Made by a program: the position numbers and the translations under genes. A stretch of DNA of 64,000 nt from Candidatus Binatia bacterium (GTDB taxonomy: Bacteria; Desulfobacterota; Binatia; Bin18): the NCBI GenBank assembly GCA_963664395.2, contig OY761159.2:3584001-3648000 (forward strand). Direction: 5' to 3'. Of the stretch, positions 10,631-19,726 are shown in pieces (positions within the stretch are counted from its first letter, which is position 1; every line of letters starts with the position of its first letter). The notes beneath the pieces are model-generated. The model was not told the DNA's origin. It made no database searches and worked only from the letters and a program-made list of their open reading frames with translations.

Positions 10631-12037
10631 ATGCTGAATGAAACCACTCGCAATTTTTATATTTCAACCCAGTCCCCAATTGCCCTGACGGCTGAATCCT
10701 CCGCTGAATCCTCCGCTCCGCGCTTTAAGGTGTATAATGAGCGCCACCTTGACCAGATTCCGCAACTGCAAAAATTATCTGCTGAGCAACGTTTTAATAT
10801 GCGCGTGGTGTCCAGTGTCTTGCCCTTTCGCATCAACCCTTACGTCATCGAGAATCTCATTGATTGGGATAATATACCCGATGATCCCATGTTCCAGCTG
10901 ACGTTTCCGCAGCCTGGGATGTTAATGCCGGAAGACTTTGATCGCATAGCTGGTCTGCTCAGGAAAGGGGCGGATCGAATCGCGATCAAAGCCGCCGCAG
11001 ATGAGATCCGTATCCGGCTGAACCCGCATCCTGCCGGCCAACAGCAGATGAATGTCCCGCTCATGGCCGGCGAATCTCTCCCCGGCATGCAGCATAAGTA
11101 TCGCGAGACCGTACTCTTTTTTCCAAGCCAGGGTCAGACGTGCCATACGTATTGCACCTTCTGTTTCCGCTGGGCGCAGTTCGTGGGTATTCAAGAGTTG
11201 CGTTTTAATTCAAATGACGCCGGCCAACTCCACGGTTATCTGGCCTCACAGCCGCAGGTGAGTGATCTGCTCATGACGGGTGGAGACCCGATGGTCATGA
11301 AAACCCACCATTTGGCTGAATACCTGCGTCCTTTGCTCCAACCGGAGTTCGACCACGTCCAAACCATCCGGATTGGAACAAAAGCGCTCACCTACTGGCC
11401 CTTCCGCTTTACGCGCGATGCTGATGCCGACGATCTCATGCGGTTGTTTGAGCAGCTTATCGCTGCCGGGAAACACGTGGCGCTCATGGCGCACTATAAC
11501 CACTGGAGAGAATTGGAGCAGCCACAGGCCCGTGAGGCCATTCGGCGTGTGCGCTCGACTGGAGTCGTCATCCGTGGTCAGGGACCGCTCCTGGCCCATA
11601 TTAACGATGACGCTGCGGTGTGGACCCGTCTGTGGCGGACACAAGTACGATTGGGGATCATTCCGTACTATATGTTTGTTGAACGCGATACCGGTGCGCG
11701 GTGTTATTTTGAGGTGCCTTTAGCCCACGCGTGTGAGATTTATCGCGAGGCTATTTCCCAGGTATCCGGTCTGGCGCGCACCGCCCGTGGCCCGTCTATG
11801 AGTGCGGGGCCGGGCAAAGTCGAGGTGCAGGGCGTCGCTGAAATAGGTGGCGAAAAGGTCTTTATCTTGCGCTTTATCCAGGGTCGCAATGCCGATTGGG
11901 TTCAGCGGCCGTTCTTTGCCAAGTTTGATCCCAACGCGACCTGGCTCGATCACCTCAAGCCAGCCGGTGGAGAACCCCACTTTTTCTTTGAGCCTGAATA
12001 CCGGGCAATACAGATGCGGGCTTCAGCCGGACATTGA
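10631..12037 (+). CDS. KamA family radical SAM protein (lysine 2,3-aminomutase-like)
   Basis: HKYRETVL, CHTYCTFCFRW (CxxxCxxC), TGGDPM, IRIGTK, HYNH, PYYMF, GPGK; ATG 10631 after AGGAGG. Confidence 0.9.
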   Translation: MLNETTRNFYISTQSPIALTAESSAESSAPRFKVYNERHLDQIPQLQKLSAEQRFNMRVVSSVLPFRINPYVIENLIDWDNIPDDPMFQLTFPQPGMLMPEDFDRIAGLLRKGADRIAIKAAADEIRIRLNPHPAGQQQMNVPLMAGESLPGMQHKYRETVLFFPSQGQTCHTYCTFCFRWAQFVGIQELRFNSNDAGQLHGYLASQPQVSDLLMTGGDPMVMKTHHLAEYLRPLLQPEFDHVQTIRIGTKALTYWPFRFTRDADADDLMRLFEQLIAAGKHVALMAHYNHWRELEQPQAREAIRRVRSTGVVIRGQGPLLAHINDDAAVWTRLWRTQVRLGIIPYYMFVERDTGARCYFEVPLAHACEIYREAISQVSGLARTARGPSMSAGPGKVEVQGVAEIGGEKVFILRFIQGRNADWVQRPFFAKFDPNATWLDHLKPAGGEPHFFFEPEYRAIQMRASAGH

Positions 12038-12052
12038 GTCTGCTCACGCGGG

Positions 12053-12274
12053 CTACTCACGGGGCTTGAGCATCCGAATACGACGCACCGGCGGATGGCC
12101 GGGGGTGTCATCCACAAAGGTGAGGTGCTCAGCCTCACAGGCGGGACAGATAATCAGCGTCCCGTATTTTTCATGCTCGACCATGGGTGGCCAGTTCCCG
12201 TCCGCCGGCTCACCATAGTTGCTCATTTGGTAGAGTGCTTCCGCACACATCAGACAGTGCTGGGATTTTGCCAT
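12053..12274 (-). CDS. Small hypothetical zinc-ribbon-like protein
   Basis: CLMC and CPAC pairs; strong GGAGGAGG SD upstream of the ATG. Confidence 0.65.
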   Translation of the reverse strand: MAKSQHCLMCAEALYQMSNYGEPADGNWPPMVEHEKYGTLIICPACEAEHLTFVDDTPGHPPVRRIRMLKPRE

Positions 12275-12460
12275 ACGCTGACTCCTCCTCCTTCAGTCGC
12301 CCAGTCGTAGTGGGTCGTCTTTCTCCGAGGTTGTACAAGTCCTTCAGTCGTCTGCCCTCCTCCTTACGTCCTGCTTCATCTTGACGCTCTGGTTGACGCT
12401 TTGGGGGGGACGGGGTAGGTCTTTTATGTCCGGCGGCCACAGCCGCAAAAAGGAGACGGC

Positions 12461-12925
12461 ATGTTCGAATATAACATGGAGCACCTCTTTTCCTATACCG
12501 CCACCCTGGAGATGCCGCCTGAAACAATAGGCCCGGTGCCCGAAGGCGTCCGGGTCAATGTGTATATCACAGGTGGAGAAGTTGAAGGTCCCAAACTGCA
12601 AGGCAAGCTGCGTCCGGTTGGCGCGGACTGGCTGACTATCCGACCCGATGGGGTGGCGTCTCTCGATGTGCGTGCGACCGTTGAGGCCCACGACGGTGCC
12701 TTGATCTATGTGACCTATAAAGGGGTGTTGGATTTAGGCGCGGACGGCTATCAGAAATTTTTGAATGGCGAGCTGCCACCCAGCGGCGCGCCGATTCGGA
12801 CGAATCCATGCTGTCATACCTCACATCCTGACTATGTGTGGATGAATCGTTGCCTGTGTGTTGGGGTGGGAGAAGCGTATCTGGAACGGGGTGAGGTGCG
12901 CTACGATGTGTATGCGGTCCGCTAG
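12461..12925 (+). CDS. DUF3237 family protein
   Basis: GPVPEGVR..ITGGEVEGPKLQG..GADW..RPDG..LDVR..DGALIY, Y.WMN; AGGAG SD. Confidence 0.88.
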   Translation: MFEYNMEHLFSYTATLEMPPETIGPVPEGVRVNVYITGGEVEGPKLQGKLRPVGADWLTIRPDGVASLDVRATVEAHDGALIYVTYKGVLDLGADGYQKFLNGELPPSGAPIRTNPCCHTSHPDYVWMNRCLCVGVGEAYLERGEVRYDVYAVR

Positions 12926-12937
12926 GGGTATGCGAGA

Positions 12938-13504
12938 ATGTATATGAGAAAACTGAAGTGGAAACGGAAATATCTTGCCTATTGGTGCGCAGCCCTCACA
13001 GCTGGCCTCCTGCTGTGGGAGCGTCCCGTTGGTGCCGCGGTTGAGGTCGGGAGTCCCGCGCCGGAGTTTTGTTTGCCCACGCAGGACGGCGAGTCTGTCT
13101 GTCTCAAAGATTTTAAGGGGGAACGGAATGTCCTGCTGCTTTTTTATATTTTGGACTTTACACCCGGCTGAACCCTTCAGTTAGCAACCGGGCAGGAAGC
13201 CCGGCAGGAAAAACAACTCGACGCTGTGGTCCTGGGAATCAGTACGAACCACACCGCTTCCCAGCGCATATTTCGCGAACGACTGGCCCTCAACTATCCG
13301 TTGCTGAGTGCTTTTGATGCCCCCGAGGTAGTTGAAAACTATGTGGGCTGGCTGGACCGGGAAAAGCGGCTCAGTAAGAGAGCCTATGTCCTTATCGATA
13401 CGGACGGGATAGTGCGTTTTGTCCGGGTCATGCAGAACCCCGGAGAGGTCCTTTCCGTGAGTGAGATAGAGGCTGAGCTGGCCAGGCTCAAAGCGACGCA
13501 GTAA
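12938..13504 (+). CDS. Peroxiredoxin (AhpC/TSA, AhpE/BCP-like) selenoprotein with signal peptide; Sec encoded by TGA 13169-13171
   Basis: Track ORFs 12938-13171 and 13226-13504 share a frame and are separated only by TGA at FYILDFTPG-*-T, the peroxidatic Cys position; downstream VLGIS, YPLLS, KRAYVLID.DGIVR complete the fold. Confidence 0.88.
13188..13204 (+). promoter_or_regulatory. Putative bacterial SECIS hairpin
   Basis: CCGGGC-AGGAA-GCCCGG; loop begins 22 nt after the TGA and has G at loop position 2. Confidence 0.7.
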
Positions 13505-13538
13505 CAACCTGCGAGGGACGATAAAGGGAGGTCCGATA

Positions 13539-14258
13539 ATGCAGGCACGTGTCCTCTGGTTCCCATTCGTGAGTGCCGTTGTCCTGACCGCTGGTCTATG
13601 GATCTCGCCAGCTTTCACCCAGGCGCAGAATGCCCCGGCCGGGCCGGGCCGGAATTCCCGGGATGTTGGTGCCCCGCAAGTGCTGGAGATTCCTGTCCAG
13701 AGCACACAACCGTCCGGTCCTGTCGAAACCCCGTCGCAATTGTCCGACTTCGGAGACCTTGACCCAAACAGAGACTGGTCCTCTCCCGCAATGGACAGCC
13801 AGTTCCCTGACTGGTCTGAGCCGTCTTTTGAGACGGCCGAGCTCAAACGGACCTATCTCGGGGTACTGTATGCAACAGCTGAGAAGGGGCCAGAGGGAGT
13901 CCAGGTATTAAGCGTGATCGAGGGGAGCCCGGCGGACCGTTCAGGTTTTGAAGGCGTGAATACGCCTGCTCGGGACACCAGGAATGATTTCATGAAGGTG
14001 GCTATCGTTGCGCTGGCCCTGTCGCCGGCCGGCCCGTTTGTGATGCCACTCGCTATTGCTCACGATATCTACAAGAATCGCCATCCTCCCGGTGATCTTA
14101 TTGTAGCGGTCGAGAATGATACGGTTCGGAACGCACAGGAATTTATCGCAGCCATGCAGCGCTACCAACCTGGAGACCGGGTGTCCTTTACCGTCCTCCG
14201 AAAGAATCAGCCCCTCCAAATGACCGTGACGCTCGAAGAAGAACCGTTGTCACCGTAG
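13539..14258 (+). CDS. Exported PDZ domain-containing protein
   Basis: Signal peptide; YLGV...GVQVLSVIEGSPADRSG...GDLIVAV...PGDRVSFTVLR. Confidence 0.8.
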   Translation: MQARVLWFPFVSAVVLTAGLWISPAFTQAQNAPAGPGRNSRDVGAPQVLEIPVQSTQPSGPVETPSQLSDFGDLDPNRDWSSPAMDSQFPDWSEPSFETAELKRTYLGVLYATAEKGPEGVQVLSVIEGSPADRSGFEGVNTPARDTRNDFMKVAIVALALSPAGPFVMPLAIAHDIYKNRHPPGDLIVAVENDTVRNAQEFIAAMQRYQPGDRVSFTVLRKNQPLQMTVTLEEEPLSP

Positions 14259-14261
14259 GGT

Positions 14262-15170
14262 CTAATCGACCGGGTGCTCACCCGGGTGCTCACCCGGGTG
14301 TTCAGGCAGGTGTCCCACCTGGGTGCGGAAGGCGTTGACGGTATTGTTCATGAGCATGGACACGGTCACCGGCCCGACGCCGCCTGGAACCGGCGTAATA
14401 AATGCGGCACGTTCTCTGGCCGTGTCAAATTCCACATCGCCCACGAGGTGTGAGCCCACCTGATTGATGCCAACATCGATCACGGCTGCCCCAGGACGAA
14501 TCCAATCGCCCTTGATCAGTGCGGGAGAACCGACGGCCACAACGAGGACTTCTGCCCGCCGGACGTGCCCGGCTAACAGCCCCCGCTGAGCAGTCGCGAT
14601 ATGACAGATGGTCACGGTGGCTAAGCGGTCGACCAGCATCAGGCTGAGCGGCTTGCCCACCAGATCGCTGTGTCCGACAATAACCGCCTCTTTGCCTTCC
14701 ATATCGATCCCGGTTGCGTCCAACAGGCGCATGACGGCCAGAGCGGTACAGGAGCCAATGCGCATCTCTCCGGTGACTGCGGCCCCGACATTTTCCGGAT
14801 GGGTGCCATCCACATCTTTCTGCGGGGCAATATGGTTGACCAGGACAGAGCGACGTAAATGCTCAGGCAGTGGGAGCTGAATGATCACCCCGGTGACTTC
14901 AGGGTCCTGATTCAACTGCTCTAAACGGCGCAGCACCTCAGCCTCTTGGGCATTATCCGGGAGGTGGTACCAGCGATACTCAATCCCCAACCCGCGGGCA
15001 ATCCGATTCATGGATCGAATATAGACTTCGATAGCCGGGTTCGAGCCAATATAAATACTGACTAGAACAGGTCTGCGTCCGGTGCGCTGGATCAACTCTG
15101 AAATGTCCGCTCCAAGTTCCGCATAGACTGACTGGGCAATGAGCTTGCCTTTGACGATCTGGGCACTCAT
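14262..15170 (-). CDS. folD: Methylenetetrahydrofolate dehydrogenase/cyclohydrolase FolD (atypical active site)
   Basis: GVIIQLPLP, KDVDG, VGKP, VIDVGIN, LVGDV, ITPVPGGVGPVTV. Confidence 0.92.
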   Translation of the reverse strand: MSAQIVKGKLIAQSVYAELGADISELIQRTGRRPVLVSIYIGSNPAIEVYIRSMNRIARGLGIEYRWYHLPDNAQEAEVLRRLEQLNQDPEVTGVIIQLPLPEHLRRSVLVNHIAPQKDVDGTHPENVGAAVTGEMRIGSCTALAVMRLLDATGIDMEGKEAVIVGHSDLVGKPLSLMLVDRLATVTICHIATAQRGLLAGHVRRAEVLVVAVGSPALIKGDWIRPGAAVIDVGINQVGSHLVGDVEFDTARERAAFITPVPGGVGPVTVSMLMNNTVNAFRTQVGHLPEHPGEHPGEHPVD

Positions 15171-15264
15171 GCCGGGACGGTATCATTTGACACAAACGGG
15201 CGGAAGCGGGCCGCCTAGCTCAGCCGCCGATTTCGTGATAGGCGGGGAGCGTAAAGGGTGGCGT

Positions 15265-15435
15265 ATGAAGACATTTTTCGAGCGGTTTGTGGATGAGATA
15301 GTCCGCAAGAGAGACGCTGGAGAAATCGACGAGGAAAAGGCCCGGCAATGGATAACCGAGATCCAGCAACGGCTGGAGGAACACGCTGAACAGCACCCCA
15401 CTGCCCCTATTGTCCAAATGCCGGTAAAACACTAG
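15265..15435 (+). CDS. Small hypothetical protein
   Basis: MKTFFERFVDEIV... 56 aa, helical and charged, purine-rich SD, co-oriented 21 bp before ispG. Confidence 0.55.
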   Translation: MKTFFERFVDEIVRKRDAGEIDEEKARQWITEIQQRLEEHAEQHPTAPIVQMPVKH

Positions 15436-15456
15436 CCGTCAGAAGTGGTTGAAAAC

Positions 15457-16617
15457 ATGCTGAAAAGAAAACCTACACGTGCAGTACGCATTGGCAAGGT
15501 CCAAGTTGGGGCGGGCGGACCCATCGTTGTGCAGAGTATGTGCGCAACCAAAACAACGAATATCGATGCCACTGTCGCCCAAGTCCACCAACTGGAAGAG
15601 GCCGGAGCGGGTATTGTCCGCATTGCGGTGGACAATCTCAAGGAGGCTGTGGCCCTCAAAGAGATCCGAGCCCAGACCTCGGCGACCTTATCCGTAGATC
15701 TCCAAGAGAATTACAAAGTTGCTGATCAAGTGGCACCCCATGTTGACAAAATCCGGTATAACCCCGGCCATCTGCATCACATTGAAAAGCGTAAAACTAT
15801 CCCGGAAAAGGTCGCCTGGCTGGTTGATGTCGCCAGAGAACATGATGTCGCCCTCCGGATTGGAGTCAACTGTGGTTCGGTGGCTCCTGCCTTCCTTGAA
15901 AAATATCCCGGCGATCAGATGGAAGCCTTGCTCCAATCGACCCTGTATCACTGTCAACTCATGGAAGACCTGAAATACGAGCGATTCGTTGTTTCGCTCA
16001 AAGACTCCGACCCTGGTAAGGTCGTCGAAGCCAATACGCGGTTTTCTCAAGCACGGCCGGATGTCCCCCTCCATCTGGGTGTGACAGAAGCTGGTTTACC
16101 GCCGGATGGCGTGATCAAGAGCCGGATTGCTTTTGAAAAGCTTTTGGCCAACGGTGTGGGCGATACGATTCGCGTGTCCTTGACCTTGCCCAATGAGCGG
16201 AAACACGAGGAAGTCACCGCGGGTTTCACCATTATCAAGGATACCCAACAGGGCCGTTTTATCTCGGTACCCGACTTCGGCAAGGGCCTGAATATCATCT
16301 CCTGTCCAAGTTGCTCGCGGGTTGAGAATGAGAAATTTGTCGAGCTTGCGCAGGAGGTCAAGGAAATGTCCACCTACGCCAAGCAGCATGACATCACCAT
16401 TGCCGTCATGGGCTGTCGGGTGAACGGCCCTGGAGAAACGGATGATGCGGATTTGGGTCTCTGGTGTGGCCCCACAACGGTGAATCTCAAGAAGAAGAGC
16501 GTCAAGCTGGGCTACTTCGGGTACGACGTTGTCCTGGGCCGTCTCAAAGAAGAAATTGACCAGCTGATTGCCGCACGTGGCTCGGAAGCTGCCGCCGACC
16601 ATACACCGACATCGTAG
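15457..16617 (+). CDS. ispG: (E)-4-hydroxy-3-methylbut-2-enyl-diphosphate synthase IspG
   Basis: [56 protein letters not shown]. Confidence 0.96.
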   Translation: MLKRKPTRAVRIGKVQVGAGGPIVVQSMCATKTTNIDATVAQVHQLEEAGAGIVRIAVDNLKEAVALKEIRAQTSATLSVDLQENYKVADQVAPHVDKIRYNPGHLHHIEKRKTIPEKVAWLVDVAREHDVALRIGVNCGSVAPAFLEKYPGDQMEALLQSTLYHCQLMEDLKYERFVVSLKDSDPGKVVEANTRFSQARPDVPLHLGVTEAGLPPDGVIKSRIAFEKLLANGVGDTIRVSLTLPNERKHEEVTAGFTIIKDTQQGRFISVPDFGKGLNIISCPSCSRVENEKFVELAQEVKEMSTYAKQHDITIAVMGCRVNGPGETDDADLGLWCGPTTVNLKKKSVKLGYFGYDVVLGRLKEEIDQLIAARGSEAAADHTPTS

Positions 16618-16694
16618 GCGTGCGGCCGGCCGGGTCCTTAGACGGTACCAGGCCGCGTACCCCCCGCCGGACCATCCCCACCCCGGCCCAAGAT

Positions 16695-16785
16695 ACCCAC
16701 CCCGGCCCTTCGGGCCACCCCTCCAAGGAGGGGAACAGAACACATCCCCTCCTTGGAGGGGTGCCGCGTGAGCGGCGGGGTGGGT
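16695..16785. repeat. Inverted REP doublet (REPIN-like), family A
   Basis: ACCCACCCC..hairpin..CACCCCTCCAAGGAGGGGA followed by its inverted copy; near reverse complement of 22470-22558. Confidence 0.85.
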
Positions 16786-16802
16786 TTCCTTCGGCCGTGC
16801 CT

Positions 16803-19691
16803 CTACTGTCTTGCGTCCCGCATTTTTTGTTCAATACGCGCCCTGGCCTGATCCAATACTTGGGCCGCATTCGGATTGATACCTTTGGCTTGGCGCAGAA
16901 TTCCGAGGGCATCTTCGTAGCGCCCGACCTGGTCATAGGCAAAGGCCAGGTTCGACAAATAATTGAAATCGCCCTGCCTCAACTTCACCGCGGCTTCGAG
17001 GGGTCCAAGCGCGTCTTCGTACTGTTCCAATTTCAGTAGGGTTACACCGAGCAGTTCCTGGACAAACGGATTATCCGGTCGCAGTTGGGCGGCCAGACTC
17101 GCTTTGGGCAGGAGGGTTCTCGGACTCGAAGAGCTGAGCAACTCGGCGTAGCGGGCGCTCAGCAAGTCTAAAAACTCAAGCGTGGCAATCTTGCGGTAAT
17201 AGTCAATGTCCTTATCTTCCGGGGTGAGGCGAGAGGCTTGGTAGACCTCGCTGAGCGCCGCGTACGAGCGTTCGAGCGGATCATCCGTTCCCACGGCTTT
17301 GGAGCGCATAAAGAGGGCGCGGGCGAGCATGATTTCCGGTTCAACACCATATTGCTCAGCTAACCTGTCCGGATGAATGTGGGGCAAGAGTCGAGCCAGG
17401 ATAAAGGGCATGGTGCCGGCAATGCCCAACCGATTGAGTTCCGCAAACTCGACTGAGGTATGGTCGTCGGTCAGGAGCGGATAGTCATCTCTGACGAGGG
17501 CATCAATGCGCGGTCCATCAAAAATAATATGCTTGAGGATATCCTGCCCGCGGCTGATGCCAATCTCTTCCAAGTCGGCGCGGACCTCCGCATTGACCTG
17601 ACTCAGACGTTGGTCCAGGACGTCGGGAGAAAGGGAAAGGGGCTGTTTGGCCCCAACCAGCAGGGTGTAGCGGCTCGTGAACAGCAGTAAGGTCTCTGCG
17701 TGAAATACACTTCGGAATGTGCGCAGCACCGACAAGTAATCGGTCGGTGCCATGTTGTGCAAAGGCAGCCATTGGACATAGACGCCGGTGTTATTCAGTT
17801 TGTCATAGACCTGTTGGTAATACTCCAGTGTATACAGCATCCAGGACTCTGCCGCGGCCGGGTGGGTGGCATCCGCGGTAATGGCGTCATAGCTATGGGG
17901 CGAAACTTTCAGGTAATTCCGCCCGTCATCGGCAATCAGTTTCCAGTTTGTGCGTTCAACGACATTCCCGTTCTCGACTCCAAAAAAAGGCATGGCCGCC
18001 CGGACGTCAGGGACGATGTCTACCGCTTCGACCGTCACATCATGTTTGGCCGCCGCTCCTAACGTCACCCCCCCACCGACCGCGTTGACCAGCACCAGCT
18101 TGGGGTCAGACTGGAGCAGCAGGGGCAGGTGACCCAGCAGCTTGAAGGTCGAGACGGCATCCCGATGGGTGGGCACCTCCTCAATGCAGTTGATCAAGAG
18201 TTCCTTGATCTCACCGATTTGGAAAACGGCAAGCGTGCCGGACACACCTTCACGATAGAACAGGAGTTCTCCTTCGATATTCTGAAAGCGGTCGTACCAT
18301 TTCATGAGCGTCAGCTCTTTTGGTACGAGCACGGCGACAACAAGGGTCGCTACTGTGGCGATGACACCACAGGCGAGCCTGATCGAACTATAGGGACGTG
18401 TCATAAGAAGCAGGAGGAGGCCGGCGCAGACCGAGACGAGAGCCAGGAGGACCATGCCACCACTCAGTCCCAGCAGCGGAATCAGGACCAGCCCCCCGGT
18501 GAGAGCACCGCTCAGACTGCCAAACGTATTCGCGGCAAAGATGAGGCCGGCAGAGCTGTGGGGTGAACGATTGGTCTGGGCGCGAAAGAAATCAACAAGG
18601 AGCGGGACAACAAAGCCTGAAACCGTCGCTGGAATAAGGGTCACGACTGCTGCTGCGGCTAAGCGGACAAGACCTAAGGCCAGCCAATGATTCCCGCCGA
18701 CCTGACGACTGAGGTCCAGGGTGACAGCGTGGAGTTGGTTAAACAGACCTAGGGAAACGAGAATCGCGATTGCTCCAAGGGCTTGAACGAGCAGGAAAAC
18801 AAGTGCCTTCGTCGGCTGGCTTGCGCGCGACGGCCCGCACGCAGCATACAACCACGCCCCGAGTGCCAGCCCCGTCAGGATGGCGGTCAGAACAACTGAG
18901 AAAGAATAGGTGTTGTTCGACACTACACAGATAAGGGTGCGAACCCATATGATCTGAAGCGCGAGGCCGATAAAGCCGGTGAGAAACGGAAAAAAGAGCA
19001 GCCTGACAGGGAGGGGGGACGAACTGGTCTGGCTCGTGTGTTCGGGCTGTCCTGCAAGCTGTTCGGCAGACTGGCCCGCAGAGTGTTCTGATTGTTTGAC
19101 GGGACGGCGTGGTTGAGTCAGGGCAACCAGACAAATCACGGCATTGATCGCGGTTGCGATCAGCGTGGTGTGAAATACGCCATAGGTCCGAATGAAAAAG
19201 ACCCCGGCGAAAAACGCTCCGAGTACGGAACCGGTTGTATTGATCGCGTATAAAAGCCCGACCTTGCGTCCGGTGAGTCCATTGGGTTCATTGTGTTTAT
19301 CTTGAGCGACCTGCCGCGCTAAGGTGGGGAGGGTGAGTCCCATCAGGGTTGCGGGCAGTGAAAGGGCGAGTACGGCAAGAATGATTTGCAAAGCAAAACT
19401 GCCGCCGGATGCAACGTAGACAACGTCAAGAATGTTGAGAAGAAAGGGAAAAACGAGAGCGAAAACACCAATCAATCCTTCTGCAAGACCATACACGACA
19501 AAGGGGTGGTAGCGGGACAAGCGCCGGCTTTGTCCGGCTATATAGCCGAGGGCGAGACCCAGCATGAAGGACGCCGTGACCACGGTGACGGCATAGGTCG
19601 ACAGCCCGAACACGATATGCAGGAGGCGTTCCCAGACCACTTCGTACAGCAGGGCGGTAAAGCCGGAGAGAAAGAACAGTAAGAGAGTCAT
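16803..19691 (-). CDS. Membrane-fused spermidine synthase-like methyl/aminopropyltransferase with C-terminal TPR
   Basis: FFLSGFTALLYEVVW..FG, about 13 TM segments with LLYAINTTGS repeats, DDGRNYL, YDAITAD, YVQWLP, LLTDD; TPR-like helices at the C-terminus. Confidence 0.85.
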   Translation of the reverse strand: MTLLLFFLSGFTALLYEVVWERLLHIVFGLSTYAVTVVTASFMLGLALGYIAGQSRRLSRYHPFVVYGLAEGLIGVFALVFPFLLNILDVVYVASGGSFALQIILAVLALSLPATLMGLTLPTLARQVAQDKHNEPNGLTGRKVGLLYAINTTGSVLGAFFAGVFFIRTYGVFHTTLIATAINAVICLVALTQPRRPVKQSEHSAGQSAEQLAGQPEHTSQTSSSPLPVRLLFFPFLTGFIGLALQIIWVRTLICVVSNNTYSFSVVLTAILTGLALGAWLYAACGPSRASQPTKALVFLLVQALGAIAILVSLGLFNQLHAVTLDLSRQVGGNHWLALGLVRLAAAAVVTLIPATVSGFVVPLLVDFFRAQTNRSPHSSAGLIFAANTFGSLSGALTGGLVLIPLLGLSGGMVLLALVSVCAGLLLLLMTRPYSSIRLACGVIATVATLVVAVLVPKELTLMKWYDRFQNIEGELLFYREGVSGTLAVFQIGEIKELLINCIEEVPTHRDAVSTFKLLGHLPLLLQSDPKLVLVNAVGGGVTLGAAAKHDVTVEAVDIVPDVRAAMPFFGVENGNVVERTNWKLIADDGRNYLKVSPHSYDAITADATHPAAAESWMLYTLEYYQQVYDKLNNTGVYVQWLPLHNMAPTDYLSVLRTFRSVFHAETLLLFTSRYTLLVGAKQPLSLSPDVLDQRLSQVNAEVRADLEEIGISRGQDILKHIIFDGPRIDALVRDDYPLLTDDHTSVEFAELNRLGIAGTMPFILARLLPHIHPDRLAEQYGVEPEIMLARALFMRSKAVGTDDPLERSYAALSEVYQASRLTPEDKDIDYYRKIATLEFLDLLSARYAELLSSSSPRTLLPKASLAAQLRPDNPFVQELLGVTLLKLEQYEDALGPLEAAVKLRQGDFNYLSNLAFAYDQVGRYEDALGILRQAKGINPNAAQVLDQARARIEQKMRDARQ

Positions 19692-19726
19692 ACACCCCTC
19701 TGTCGCATTAATACTGAATAGACATG

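Noticed and set aside
13169-13171. Peroxiredoxin as a nonsense pseudogene or two separate genes
   Set aside because: The stop falls exactly on the catalytic Cys codon, both halves look intact and a SECIS-like hairpin follows, so Sec readthrough is more parsimonious
15171-15264. ZTP or THF riboswitch upstream of folD
   Set aside because: Short divergent-promoter region with no recognisable consensus
16695-16785. REP doublets as CRISPR repeats or IS ends
   Set aside because: Units are inverted rather than direct, the spacer is only 10 bp, and no transposase lies between or near them
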